Part shown: piece after piece, positions 27,613 to 38,199 of the stretch | How the letters are laid out: the number at the start of each line of letters is the position of its first letter | How positions within the stretch are numbered: the first letter of the stretch is position 1 | DNA from: Octopus vulgaris | Lineage: Eukaryota | Direction: 5' to 3' | DNA: 64,000 nucleotides | Assembly: GCA_951406725.2 (NCBI GenBank) | Contig: OX597820.1 | Location: 85,436,001-85,500,000, forward strand | Made by a program: the position numbers and the translations under genes | The notes under the pieces: model-generated | Database searches by the model: none | Seen by the model: the letters and a program-made list of their open reading frames with translations, nothing else | What the model was told of the DNA's origin: nothing

Positions 27613-27963
27613 ATAGGAGTTACTGTGTGGTAGTTTGAGCAAGTGCTTTCTACTGTAGCCTCGCGCCAACCAAAGCGTTGAGAATGGATTTGGTAGACGG
27701 AAACTGAAAGAAGCCTGTCGAACATATATATATATATATATGTATGTGTATGTGTTTGCGTGTCTGTGTTTGTACACCCACCATCACTTGACAACAGATG
27801 TTGGTGTGTTTTCATCCCCGTAAATTAGCGGTTCGGCAGGAGAAACCGATAGCATAAGTACTAGGCTTACAAAGAATAAGTTCTGGGATGGATTTGTTCG
27901 ACTAAAGGCAGAGCTGAAGCATGGCCGCTGTCTAATGAGTGAAACAAGCAAAAGAATAAAAGA
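27613..27963 (+). mobile_element. Family A SINE with internally deleted head
   Basis: AGGAGTTACTGTGTGGTAG...GGATTTGGTAGACGGAAACTGAAAGAAGCC-(TA/TG)n-...AGCGGTTCGGCA...AAGTACTAGGCTTACAAAGAATAAG...GAAACAAGCAAAAGAATAAAAGA. Confidence 0.85.
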
Positions 27964-28707
27964 ATATATATAGTTAATAAAAAAAACGGAGAAAAAAGGC
28001 AACCAGAAAAAAAAAACAGCAGCGTGAGGACATGCAAAATATTAATAAGAGGTGCAGAGAAGGAAAAGGGTATATATTATATATATCATAAGTATTTTAC
28101 CAATAATAATCAGTCACTCTTACTACGCATCATCTAACAGCAATAACATGAAAGTCAGTTATAGCTGTTCAGAATTTACATTAGTGTTATATCGAGACAA
28201 TTTGAACGCCTCTTCATACAATATACCAAACAGGAAAGACAACAGGTAACTGCATAATTAATGTATTATGTCCCTTAACTTATTTTGTTCCCTTTTGTTA
28301 AGGAAAAGCTACAAATTAGGGGGTTTTTAATCTCAAGAGTTAAGTACGAAGACAGAAATACATTACAGATTTGTGTAAATACAGCTTTTACTCTAAATTC
28401 ACTTAAAGAAAGAAAAGGAAACCCGAAAGCAAAATTATGACATTTAAAAGAAAGTTGTTTCGAAATTTTCATATCAATGATGCTGGCAATGTAATATGTC
28501 ATATCATGCAAGAAAAGAGGTAAAAGTTGAAAACTTTTATACAGCTAAAAACAATTTACATGCAAAATATTTTAAATGTCAGACAAATACAATGACATAC
28601 TCTCATTAGCAGAAGAAATTAATCCTGGTAAATAACAAATAAAAAAGGCAACTAATTTGATGTATGTATTCTATATAAATTTTTCCTTAATATTTATCTA
28701 TTTATTT

Positions 28708-28870
28708 AAGGCAACAAGCTGGCAGAGCCGTGGGCATGCCGTGCAAGGCAAAATGCTTAGTGGCATTTCGTCTGACTTTTCCTTCTGAGTTGGAGTTCCG
28801 CCGACATTGAAAATTGCCTTTCCTTCTTTCAGCGTCAATAAAATAAGTACCAGAATTAATACATCCCCCG
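28708..28870 (+). mobile_element. tRNA-derived SINE, family B; degraded
   Basis: AAGGCAACAAGCTGGCAGA...AAATGCTTAGTGGCATTTCGTC...TTCTGAGTT...TTGCCTTTCC...ATAAGTACCAG, homologous to the minus copy at 50975-51208. Confidence 0.7.
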
Positions 28871-28919
28871 GAATTAATTAAAATTTGAAACTAATATCTA
28901 TCTATCTATTTATCTGTCC

Positions 28920-29007
<88 letters not shown>

Positions 29008-29063
29008 GTCTGTCTGTCTGTCTCTCTGTATATCTATCTATCTACTTCTCTATCTATATCAGC

Positions 29064-29116
<53 letters not shown>

Positions 29117-29204
29117 TATATACTGATAGATAGAGTAGATAGATAGATAGATAGACAGAGAGACATACATACAGATAGATAGATAGATAGATATTAGTTT
29201 CAAA

Positions 29205-29240
<36 letters not shown>

Positions 29241-29421
29241 AATACTGATATAGATAGATAAGTAGATAGATAGAATAGACAGAGAGACAGATATATGTAT
29301 ATGTGTGTGTCTGTTTGTGTATGTGTATATATGTTTTTGTCCGTACACATGCGTATGTGTGCTTGTATTCTCTCTCTCTCTCTCTCTTTCACACACACAC
29401 ACATGTATGAATGTATAGACA

Positions 29422-29900
29422 TACAGGTGCTATCATGAATTCCCGGACTTGCTCAGTGAGAGGTAGCAGTAACCTCCATAAAGCAGGGTACCGAGTGATA
29501 TTGCAGCTTCGCAAGTTGTGAAATTAGTAGTTTTGTGATCAAGTGTATAATGTTGTCTACTATGTTATCATGGACAGAAAGTTGAAACAAAGGACCAACG
29601 TGACATTTTACGTAGACTTGTGACGTCTGATGAGACACTAAGTATGCTCCGGCAAGCTTACAGCAACGAGGCAATGGGTTGTACGCAATGTTTCGAGTAG
29701 TACCACTGATTCAAAATCGGAAGAACTTTCCTGGAATGTGATGAGCGATTTGGAAGATCTGCCACGAGCGTCATCCCCGGGAATGGGGTACTGTGCATCG
29801 AGAATTAACCCCTCAGTGCCAAACTGTCAATCGTGAGTTCTACTGTAATGTTTGAAACGATTGAGAGAGGACATTTGGCGAAATCAATTGGACCACGAAA
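29422..29900 (+). mobile_element. Mariner (Tc1/mariner) remnant: left end, transposase HTH region and internally deleted catalytic fragment
   Basis: TA-CAGGTG...TTCCCGGACT TIR-like start. From 29569: MDRKLKQRTNVTF...ETLSMLRQAYSNEAMGCTQCFE*YH*FKIGRTFLECDERFGRSATS, then VHRE..PQCQTVNREFYCNV.KRLREDIWR. Confidence 0.85.
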
Positions 29901-30134
29901 ATAATGTATGTTCGACTACATGTATATGTGTCTATGTGTTCACACATATAAAAGTAGAGTGTGGAAAACCATATTGATTCCCTCAGATTTCGATGAAGCG
30001 GAAAAGCCAATGTGGGTGCTGCAGTTATTATGCCCATGGTGCAGCAGACAGTACCAAGGCGTACTTGACGATTTAGATACGTGGGTGTATGTGTGGAGTG
30101 GTATCTTTTCCTATTCATATACATGTATACACAT

Positions 30135-30538
30135 AGGCGCAGGAGTGACTTTATGGTAGGTAGCTTGCTTACCAACCACATGCTTCCGGGTTCCGTCCCA
30201 CTGTGTGACACCTTGGGTAAGAGTTTCTACTATAGTCTCGGGCCGACCAAATCTTTGTGAGTGAATTTGGCTGACGGAAACTGTAAGAAGTCCATTGATC
30301 TTATGTGTATGTGTGTGTATGTGTGTGTGTGCGCGCGTTTGTGTGTCTGTGTTTGTACCCCCACCATTGTTTGACAACTGATGTTGGTGTGTCTACGTCC
30401 CATATAAATTAGCGGTTCGGCAAAAGAGACCGATAGAATAAGTACTAGGTTTACAAAGAATAAGTCCTGGGATCGATTTGTTCGACTGAAGGTGATCTCC
30501 AACATGGCCGCAGTCAAATGAAAGAAACAAATAAAAAA
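30135..30538 (+). mobile_element. Near full-length family A SINE
   Basis: AGGCGCAGGAGTGACTTTATGGTAGGTAGCTTGCTTACCAACCACATGCTTCCGGGTTCCGTCCCACTG (A/B-box tRNA head), internal (TG)n, 3' half ending CATGGCCGCAGTCAAATGAAAGAAACAAATAAAA. Confidence 0.9.
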
Positions 30539-32164
30539 ATTAATAAAGACTATATACATACACACACCTACACTCACATACATATACAAACAGACACAGA
30601 TACACTAACACACACACACATATGTATATATATATACCCTCGCACACACAATTTACTTTTACGATAGTCAATTTTCCTTTGACGATAGTGACAAAACGAT
30701 ATTAGAAATTCTGTTCCTAGCAATCATAGTTCCAGCCAAGTTAGACTGTTAAATCTGAACCAATAGATATGTGACGTGTTTGGTGTAATGCGAAACTTGA
30801 CTAGCATCAAGAGGCAGATATATAAAATCAGTGGTAAATATCGGAATAACACTAAGAGAATGAGTACAACAATAATGGTAGTGGTAAATGACAGAAACAC
30901 TGTCATTTCTAGTAGGAAGATGTCTGGTTATCTTATATGTTGTCTTTTCTATTTTCTCTAGTAGTTAATATGTTCCTGGGTCCGTGGGTTCAATCAAATG
31001 ACTTAGTATTTATGCACATGTCTACACCAATATGGAATGAATGTAGTCAATGCATGTGATCATGAAAAGAATAAGATTATTTCTTTCATGAAATTTTGAA
31101 GGCAAACTATTTTAGAGTAGTAATAGTCCATTTTATTGAGTATTTTTTGGTATTTATTTACTTACTACAACGTAACGAGATTCTAATACAGGAGATGTCG
31201 GTCTAGCGTTATATATAATTTGGTAGTATCGAAATATCATTTGAAGCGGAAAGAGAATAATATGTTTTCTTCTACTATTCGGATGTCGGTCGTTATTGTG
31301 TCAAATGAGATATTTGTGCATATCATGGCATGAATTAATGCATTCCGTGTTTTTATTCGCTGTCTTAGTTTGGGTTTTCAGCATTGATAGCGTTTCCAAG
31401 GTACAGAGGCAGTAGAAAAAAAATTACTGTATATAGGATTACACCTTATCTACAACAGGCCATGATGTAATAATATGATGTATATTGTTATTTTAACAAA
31501 TAAAAATACACTCCAAATTATTATTTCAGCGCGTCTCTTAGATAAGGTGATACCTTACAGTCAATCGTATTTCTCTAGATTCTCTACACTAAAAATGCTA
31601 TCAATACTGAAACACAAAACCAAAACATTAGATATTTCTTTAGATATCAAGGCAACATATCAATAGCAATGATATGAAATCCGAATAGTACATACCATTT
31701 TCCTTTCTTTTGTAATTCACATAATACATCGCGCTTAATTTTGTAATAATGTCAGTCTGACTCACCCGATTATCTGATCTCTTGACCTTGTGCTAAATAA
31801 ATGAATATTCACTAATCCAATAAAGTGCAATATTTCCACAACCTGAAACCTTTCGGTTTCGAGACAACAGAAAATATTTCACTTTTTATTTTTCCATAAA
31901 CTGATATATTAACGCGGATATTATGCTATTTTAACTGACATGAACGGCATGTATACAAGACCATATATAGTCTCATCAATAACAAGTTAAACGAACACTG
32001 GAATTTCTTCGAATGCAGCACTCAAAGAAATCATGCTTTACGTATCAATAAAATCTCAGTCGAAACACAACTGTTTGCTTAACTTCTTTTCTTACAATAA
32101 AAATATGGAGATATAATTCCAGAAAGTATACTACACTATACTACAAGAGGGTGAAAAAATTGGT

Positions 32165-32380
32165 TTCAGATTTTGGCACAAGGGTAACCCTCCTTTTGGT
32201 GGAGGGTTTAAGGTCGGTTACAACGAGCTCAGTGCACAACTGTTACTTATTTTATCGACTCTAAAAGGATGAAAGGTAAAGTTGAACCGAGCGGTATATA
32301 AACCCAGAAAGTAAAAGCGGCCGAAACACCGGTAAGTATTTTTCTCGATATCCTAACGATTTTGCCAGATCACCGTCTTT
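32165..32380 (-). mobile_element. Family B SINE; degraded
   Basis: TTTTGGCACAAGG...TACTTATTTTATCGAC..AAAAGGATGAAAGGTAAAGTTGA...CTAACGATTTTGCCAGATCACCG matches 50780-51208. Confidence 0.75.
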
Positions 32381-32426
32381 CAGATGGTCAAAATATGGTT
32401 AGTAATATAAGGAATGGATATTCAGC

Positions 32427-32457
<31 letters not shown>

Positions 32458-32715
32458 TAAATAATAAGGGTGAAAATTTGAATATTAATTTGATTAATAT
32501 CAATTTAAAACCAGTGGTCTAGCATATTAAAATCTGAAGATACAGAAAAATTATACTACTTACATATAAGAGGGATGACCATTACATGGACATCCATTAT
32601 GCTAGTAGATCCGCTACGGTCTTAGCATTAAGACAGGAATGTTCTCCAGGAAATTTAGAGCAAACGCCAGAACGTAAGCGAGCAAGAAAAATGAAAAGAA
32701 ACAAAATATAGATTA

Positions 32716-32786
32716 ATCACAAACTAGTTTCGCTATTATCACTTACGAAATTATATACGTAATTGTCCGTAGCTCATCAGTGTGAT
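32716..32786 (-). ncRNA. Minimal type I hammerhead ribozyme motif (copy 1)
   Basis: Minus strand: ATCACA-CTGATGA-GCTA...TAGC-GAAA-CTAG-TT-TGTGAT. Perfect core, 6-bp stem I, palindromic stem III region (AACTAGTT). Confidence 0.85.
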
Positions 32787-33270
32787 CATCTTTGCAATAT
32801 AATTTGCAGAACTATACACAGGTAATACGAATGAGATTGAAGATGTATACAGTTCTAACAATTCCACTTGCGGTTATCTTTCAAAAGTCTTCGTTTTGAC
32901 CCGTTGAAATACCAGAAATAATTCTGCAGAATATAAATTTCAACAGTGAATTTTGCCGCTTAGAGAACATAGTTATTTAAATTTTAATTTAAAATAATTA
33001 AATTTAAATTTAAAATAATAAGGGTGAAAAATTGAATATTAATTTAATTAACATCAATTTAAAACTTGTGGTCTAGAATATTAAAATCTGAAGATACAGA
33101 AAAATCATGATGCATAAATATAAGAGGGTGACCACAACGTGGACATCCAATATGCTAGAAAGAGATCCGATATCGTGTTACCACCAAGAAAGGAATGTTT
33201 TCAAGAAAAGTTTAGCAAACGCCAGAACGTAAGCGAGCAAGACAAAGGAAAAGAAACAAAATATAGATTA

Positions 33271-33329
33271 ATCACAAACTAGTTTCGCTATTATCATTTA
33301 TGTAATTACTTACGTAGCTCATCAGTGTG
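33271..33329 (-). ncRNA. Minimal type I hammerhead ribozyme motif (copy 2)
   Basis: Minus strand: CACA-CTGATGA-GCTACGTAAG...TAATAGC-GAAA-CTAG-TT-TGTGAT. Core and stems conserved; the stem II loop differs from copy 1. Confidence 0.82.
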
Positions 33330-33742
33330 TGTCCGTAGATTATCAGTGTGACTCTCTTTGCAAATATAAGTTGCGGAACTATACACGGGACGTCCGAATG
33401 AGATTGAACATGTATACAGTTCTACCAATTACACTTGCGGTTATCTTTCAAAAGTTTTTGCTTTAGCGCGCTAAAATACCGGAAATAATTCTGCAGAAAA
33501 TAAATTGCACAGTTAATTTTGCCGGTTTCTATCTATTGCGAGAATGTGGTTGCGTGTTTTTTAAAAATATTTTTTAATATTTTTCATGCCTATTAGAGTA
33601 ACTTCCCTTTTATTCGACAGTTGTTTTATAGGGTCTATAGTGAAAAATAGCCGATGAAAATACCCCGAATATTTTAGCTTCGGCATCTGAAACATAGAGT
33701 TCTATTATGACAGCTTACTGATTGTACTATACTATACTATAC

Positions 33743-33785
<43 letters not shown>

Positions 33786-34129
33786 ATGTATAAATTCCTC
33801 TATTTTCATATCAAGGTCTAGTGCTTTTGTTGTGGTTTTATTATTATTAATATACATACATACATGCATGCATGCATACATATAAGAGGGATGACCACTA
33901 CATGGACATCCATTATACTAGAGTTTCAATATTCTTCTCACTTGTATCAATCCGCGAAGCTAGATATAATATATCGTCGTGTTTTTCCAGCTTGTATTCA
34001 TTCATTTTTAGTCGGTATTTGTAAGGAATATACTTCGTTATGCCCTCTTTCGTTTGTAATCTCTTCTGTGGAGCACAAGACCCAAATCGCAATAAAACCT
34101 ACTCGCTTTGTTCCCTAATGTTGCATTAC

Positions 34130-34520
34130 ACCTATTAAGGCACTAGAAAGAAAAGTAGGTGCAATGTACGCAACAGGTCTCAGAGCAACACTTATCAAAT
34201 ATCACATATCGTTTACCATATATCAAATAGCAATCCTATACAAGAAATCGGCTCCTCTATTGTAATCTTCCAAGAGTTACTGCCTTCATATTGGAAAAAT
34301 AGACTCAGATTATATGGATACTGCTTTCGTAACAAACATGAAGTAGTAATCTAAATACTAATGTGAGGACCAACACACAAAAAGAGACCTAGCAGTCGCC
34401 ATGTGTGGACGTTTATTTATAAATTGGTTGAAGACTGGTCTACAGAACAGCGACCTAACAAGAGCAATGTAGGAGAAGGAATTCTGGAGACGAATAGTTG
34501 ATGATATTGATCTGTGAAAT
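34130..34520 (+). mobile_element. Old RTE/RTE-X LINE 3' remnant
   Basis: Frame-broken translation ALERKVGAMY...LYCNLPRVTA..RLRLYGYCFRNKHEVV..ILM*GPTHKKRPSSR..TFI..L..TGLQNSDLTRAM*EKEFWRRIV. Confidence 0.65.
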
Positions 34521-35191
34521 AACTAGTAGTAATCTGCTTAAAGTACACTACATGGATTCAAGCATTAACAAAGAGTATGTAAACTAAATATTTATAATCT
34601 CTGAAATCATGGTAAAGAAGCAAATTTAATGTGCGTTTCACTATTTACATCTACTCCAGACGAAGCCGTAAATATTTCCTACAGTTGGTGCTCTGACTAT
34701 CATATCTGTACTAACATACATCTGCCTTCGTATGTAATCTGAAATAATTCAGATTTACACTCACAATCCAATTATAATCTGTCGTAACATCATTATATAT
34801 TTCCAAAAAATTAATCATTTCAAATCTTCTTATCACATTTTTATTTTAACTTGAAACTATAAAAGCTGCATTAGCGACGTATACTTTTGTTTTAGGTAAA
34901 TTAATATAACCATTCCTAGAATCTAGTTTCAATTATCAAAGCCACATACATTCTTCAATAAATGAAAAAATATATACGAACCGCAACAAAACGAAGCTAT
35001 ATCACGAAATATATTTTTCCGTAGAATTTTTAACATACATTCTGAAATTTTGTGTAACTGCTTACTAACATTTCTTCGCCTTACAACTATTAATATCAAA
35101 TGATCTTTTTAGATGAATTTGGAAAACAAATCTTGCATTTATATTTTATATAAATATTTAAAAAAATAAGTACTAAACAGCTGTTTCATCT

Positions 35192-35218
35192 CTACTACTA
35201 CTACCACTACTACTGCTG

Positions 35219-35278
<60 letters not shown>

Positions 35279-35378
35279 TTACTACTACCACTACTACCAC
35301 TGCCACCGCCACTACTACTACCACTAATGTTGCTACTGTTACTACTACAACTACGATAAATAATAATAATAATAATGG
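35192..35378. repeat. (ACT)n / (AAT)n trinucleotide microsatellite
   Basis: Direct reading; it explains the poly-V and poly-S ORFs at 35139 and 35173. Confidence 0.95.
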
Positions 35379-35599
35379 TATTATTATCCTTTGTGTCTCT
35401 GTTCACAATGCATTCTCAAGCGGCTCAACCAAATCAAATCAAATTTTACATGGTAATACTATGACATGGTAATACTATGACCGTGAACTTCAACATGTAA
35501 TTTTTGGATTTAAACAATGTAACATTGGCACTGATTCCGTATTATGTGTAAAAACTCAAAGAATAAAAGTGAAACAATAAGTATATTGTAATGTGATAT

Positions 35600-36025
35600 A
35601 ATGTTTCACTTTTATACCTTTACTTTTAATTCCAACCACCACCATGATAACTTTTACGTCACATTTTGTATATGACTGTGTATCTGTTTTTGAATGTATG
35701 TGAGCGTATTAATGTGTATATGTCTCATAGTGTGTGTGCCTTCCATGTTAGGTACATTATTAAACATACTGTGTTTCAATTTTATACTTTTACATTTAAT
35801 TCTAACCTCACTTATGACGTGTGTGTGTATATGTCTCACAGTGTGTGTGTCCTTCCGCGTTAGGTACGTTAATATAAACACTATCCGTAATTGAGGGCTA
35901 GTTAACTACAGTTTATATATTACTGTGCATTCTTCTATGAATATACGTGTTCGTATATGTCTCACACTCTGTGGGTCTTTCAGCGTTTGGCACGTTATTA
36001 AACACACTAAATGTAAGTGAGGGCT
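35600..36025 (+). repeat. Diverged mosaic minisatellite (about 112-125 bp period, three copies)
   Basis: GTATATGTCTCA.A.T.TGTG.G...TT....GTT.G..AC.TTA recurs at about 35716, 35828 and 35953. TGTTTCA.TTTTATAC.TTTAC.TTTAATTC.AACC recurs at 35602 and 35772. Confidence 0.75.
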
Positions 36026-36199
36026 GTCAGTGTCAATACAAAATTTTATTTTCATTTCGATTATATCAACATTTCGAAGAGATATTCTTTCTAATTACGG
36101 AGATGTACTTGCGTAGCATGTGACATCAACTGAAATCGAGTGTTCCCAACACATACACACAGACACACAGACACACACGCAGACATATATATATATATA

Positions 36200-36705
36200 T
36201 CAGAATATGGTGCATTGTGAACTTTTACAGAACACGTGTCCTATACAAACTCAACAAACAATTGGAGATGCAGAAGAGATATAAAAAGTTTTAATAAAAT
36301 TTTAATCCATGCATACGATCGTTTCGAATGGCAACACAAACATGTTATAAACATGGAAAAAATTAAATTACAATTATAATTAAATTATTTCCATATTACC
36401 ATTCTCCTTGGTGAAAAAGAGGCATATATAAAATGAATGTATCAGAAGAATATTGTTACAGAAGATTATATGGACTCAGTGTCACATAACTCATCCAGAT
36501 ATTCATAATTAGATTATGAAAGATGAAATATGAGAACATGCTTAGGTAGTGTTGAGTCTAGTTGTGTAAGAACTAAAACTGGTGTGGCTAACGGATATTT
36601 GAAATATAAGTGAAAAAGGTTTAAGAGATATATCTATATGAAGATAAGTAATATAGTGAAATACATATCATCTAAAGCATTTATCATAAGGAGTAAATTA
36701 TAAGA

Positions 36706-36736
<31 letters not shown>

Positions 36737-36758
36737 GAACACACACAGACACCCACAT

Positions 36759-36803
<45 letters not shown>

Positions 36804-37520
36804 CATACATACACATATACACATATATAAAGATATACATATATATACATAAGCATGCACATAACAGATTTGTGTATATATATATATATACATACATACA
36901 GGTGTATATATATATACATATAAAAATAAGCGACTAATAGGACAGCATAACTATATTTAAATTTATATATGATCTGACAGTTATGATTGGTATACAATGA
37001 AACAAATGAAAATAAATTATGGTGTGTATTAAAAAAATGTCTTTTTAAAAACATGGTACAATAAGAAGTATAAGTAATATGATTTTATATAAGTTACTTG
37101 AAATTCGAAAGACAGAAAAATTTGGTGGTTTAATATAACGGGGGTAAAAGATTTATTATTATTTAAATAGCATGATATTCGTCTGTATGAGATACGTTTA
37201 AGAGGAAGGACTAAAAAAGAAAGAATAGTTGTTACTATTACATAATTGAGAGAGAAGAAATATTTGCTGTGGTTAGAATTATTTTTGGGAAAAAAATACG
37301 TACCGTGATAAAAGATTTTATATAAGAGCGTGAATAATATAACAATGGAGGGGAGAAATGCCAAGGTAACATCCTAAAATATTTTTAAAAAAAGTGTTTT
37401 CGAAGGAATGCTCGTAGTTGTATTTTAATGTTAATTATGTTACGTAAATATAGTAACTAGAAATCTAACTGGACCCATCCAAAGTTAAAAAGGGATGAAG
37501 CTGAACTCAAGCTTTTTCAC
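36200..37520 (-). mobile_element. Probable non-coding PLE-derived element with a degenerate hammerhead at 36312-36413
   Basis: Flanked by (TA)n. Minus strand CA-CCAAGGA-GAATGGTAA...TTGCCATTC-GAAA-CGATCG-TA-TG: stem II and palindromic stem III intact, core degenerate. No coding similarity seen. Confidence 0.45.
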
Positions 37521-37531
37521 CTATATATATA

Positions 37532-37572
<41 letters not shown>

Positions 37573-37575
<3 letters not shown>

Positions 37576-38199
37576 TATTCTAAAGGCAATTGTAGATTTG
37601 GCCCCAGCGGCACAAACAACAATGGACGCTGTGCTTTTTCCCATCCGACCTTATGTCGTAGACTTGTTATGGGCACCTGTCCATATGGTATAACAGGAAA
37701 AAATTTCCCCCACCTCCACCCCAAATACTGTCCTAAATACAGAATCCATGGTTCTGATCCTAAATACGGATGCCCAAAAGGCAATGGATGCACCTTATTC
37801 CATCCTAAACTGTGCCAAACTTCTGTCTCACAAAGGATGTGCCTGAACCCAGAATGCAACCACCACCATCTGAAGGGCACAAAACGATCACAGAATAAAT
37901 ATAAACAGGAACAGAGGAAATCTAGGACAACAACAAGAACAAAATACAACCAAGTTTCCCCTGCTAAAATCAAACTACGTAGACAGAACCATGAAAAAAC
38001 ACCAAATAACGCCAACATGAAATATGTATCCTCTGACCAAGTGGCAAACCAAACAAGTAACTCTTTTTTACTGACATACCTAGAAAATATGAAGGCCGAC
38101 CTAAGCCAGGAGATCCAGCGAGCTATCACCAACCATCTATGCAAATCACAAGGACCACTCACCCATTACCAACTTCCCTTACCTCGACATTCCTGTTAA
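37573..38199 (+). CDS. LINE ORF1 (N-terminally truncated) with about four CCCH-type zinc fingers
   Basis: YYSKGNCRFG..GRCAFSHP / LCRRLVMGTCPYG..FPHLHP / YCPKY..GCPKGNGCTLFHP / LCQTSVSQRMCLNPECNHHH. The track's N-terminus (37495-37572) is flank and microsatellite, not part of the element. Confidence 0.8.

Larger units (their letters stand above)
32457..33530 (-). repeat. Diverged tandem duplication, about 555-bp period, each unit carrying a hammerhead motif
   Basis: ATAATAAGGGTGAAAA at 32461 and 33015. AAACGCCAGAACGTAAGCGAGCAAGA, CACTTGCGGTTATCTTTCAAAAGT and AATAATTCTGCAGAA occur in both units. A short third fragment lies at about 33880-33921. Confidence 0.92.

Noticed and set aside
35600-36025. 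Repeat-spacer appearance suggestive of a CRISPR array
   Set aside because: Repeats are long, diverged and irregularly spaced, the intervening sequences are related, the context is eukaryotic and there are no cas genes.
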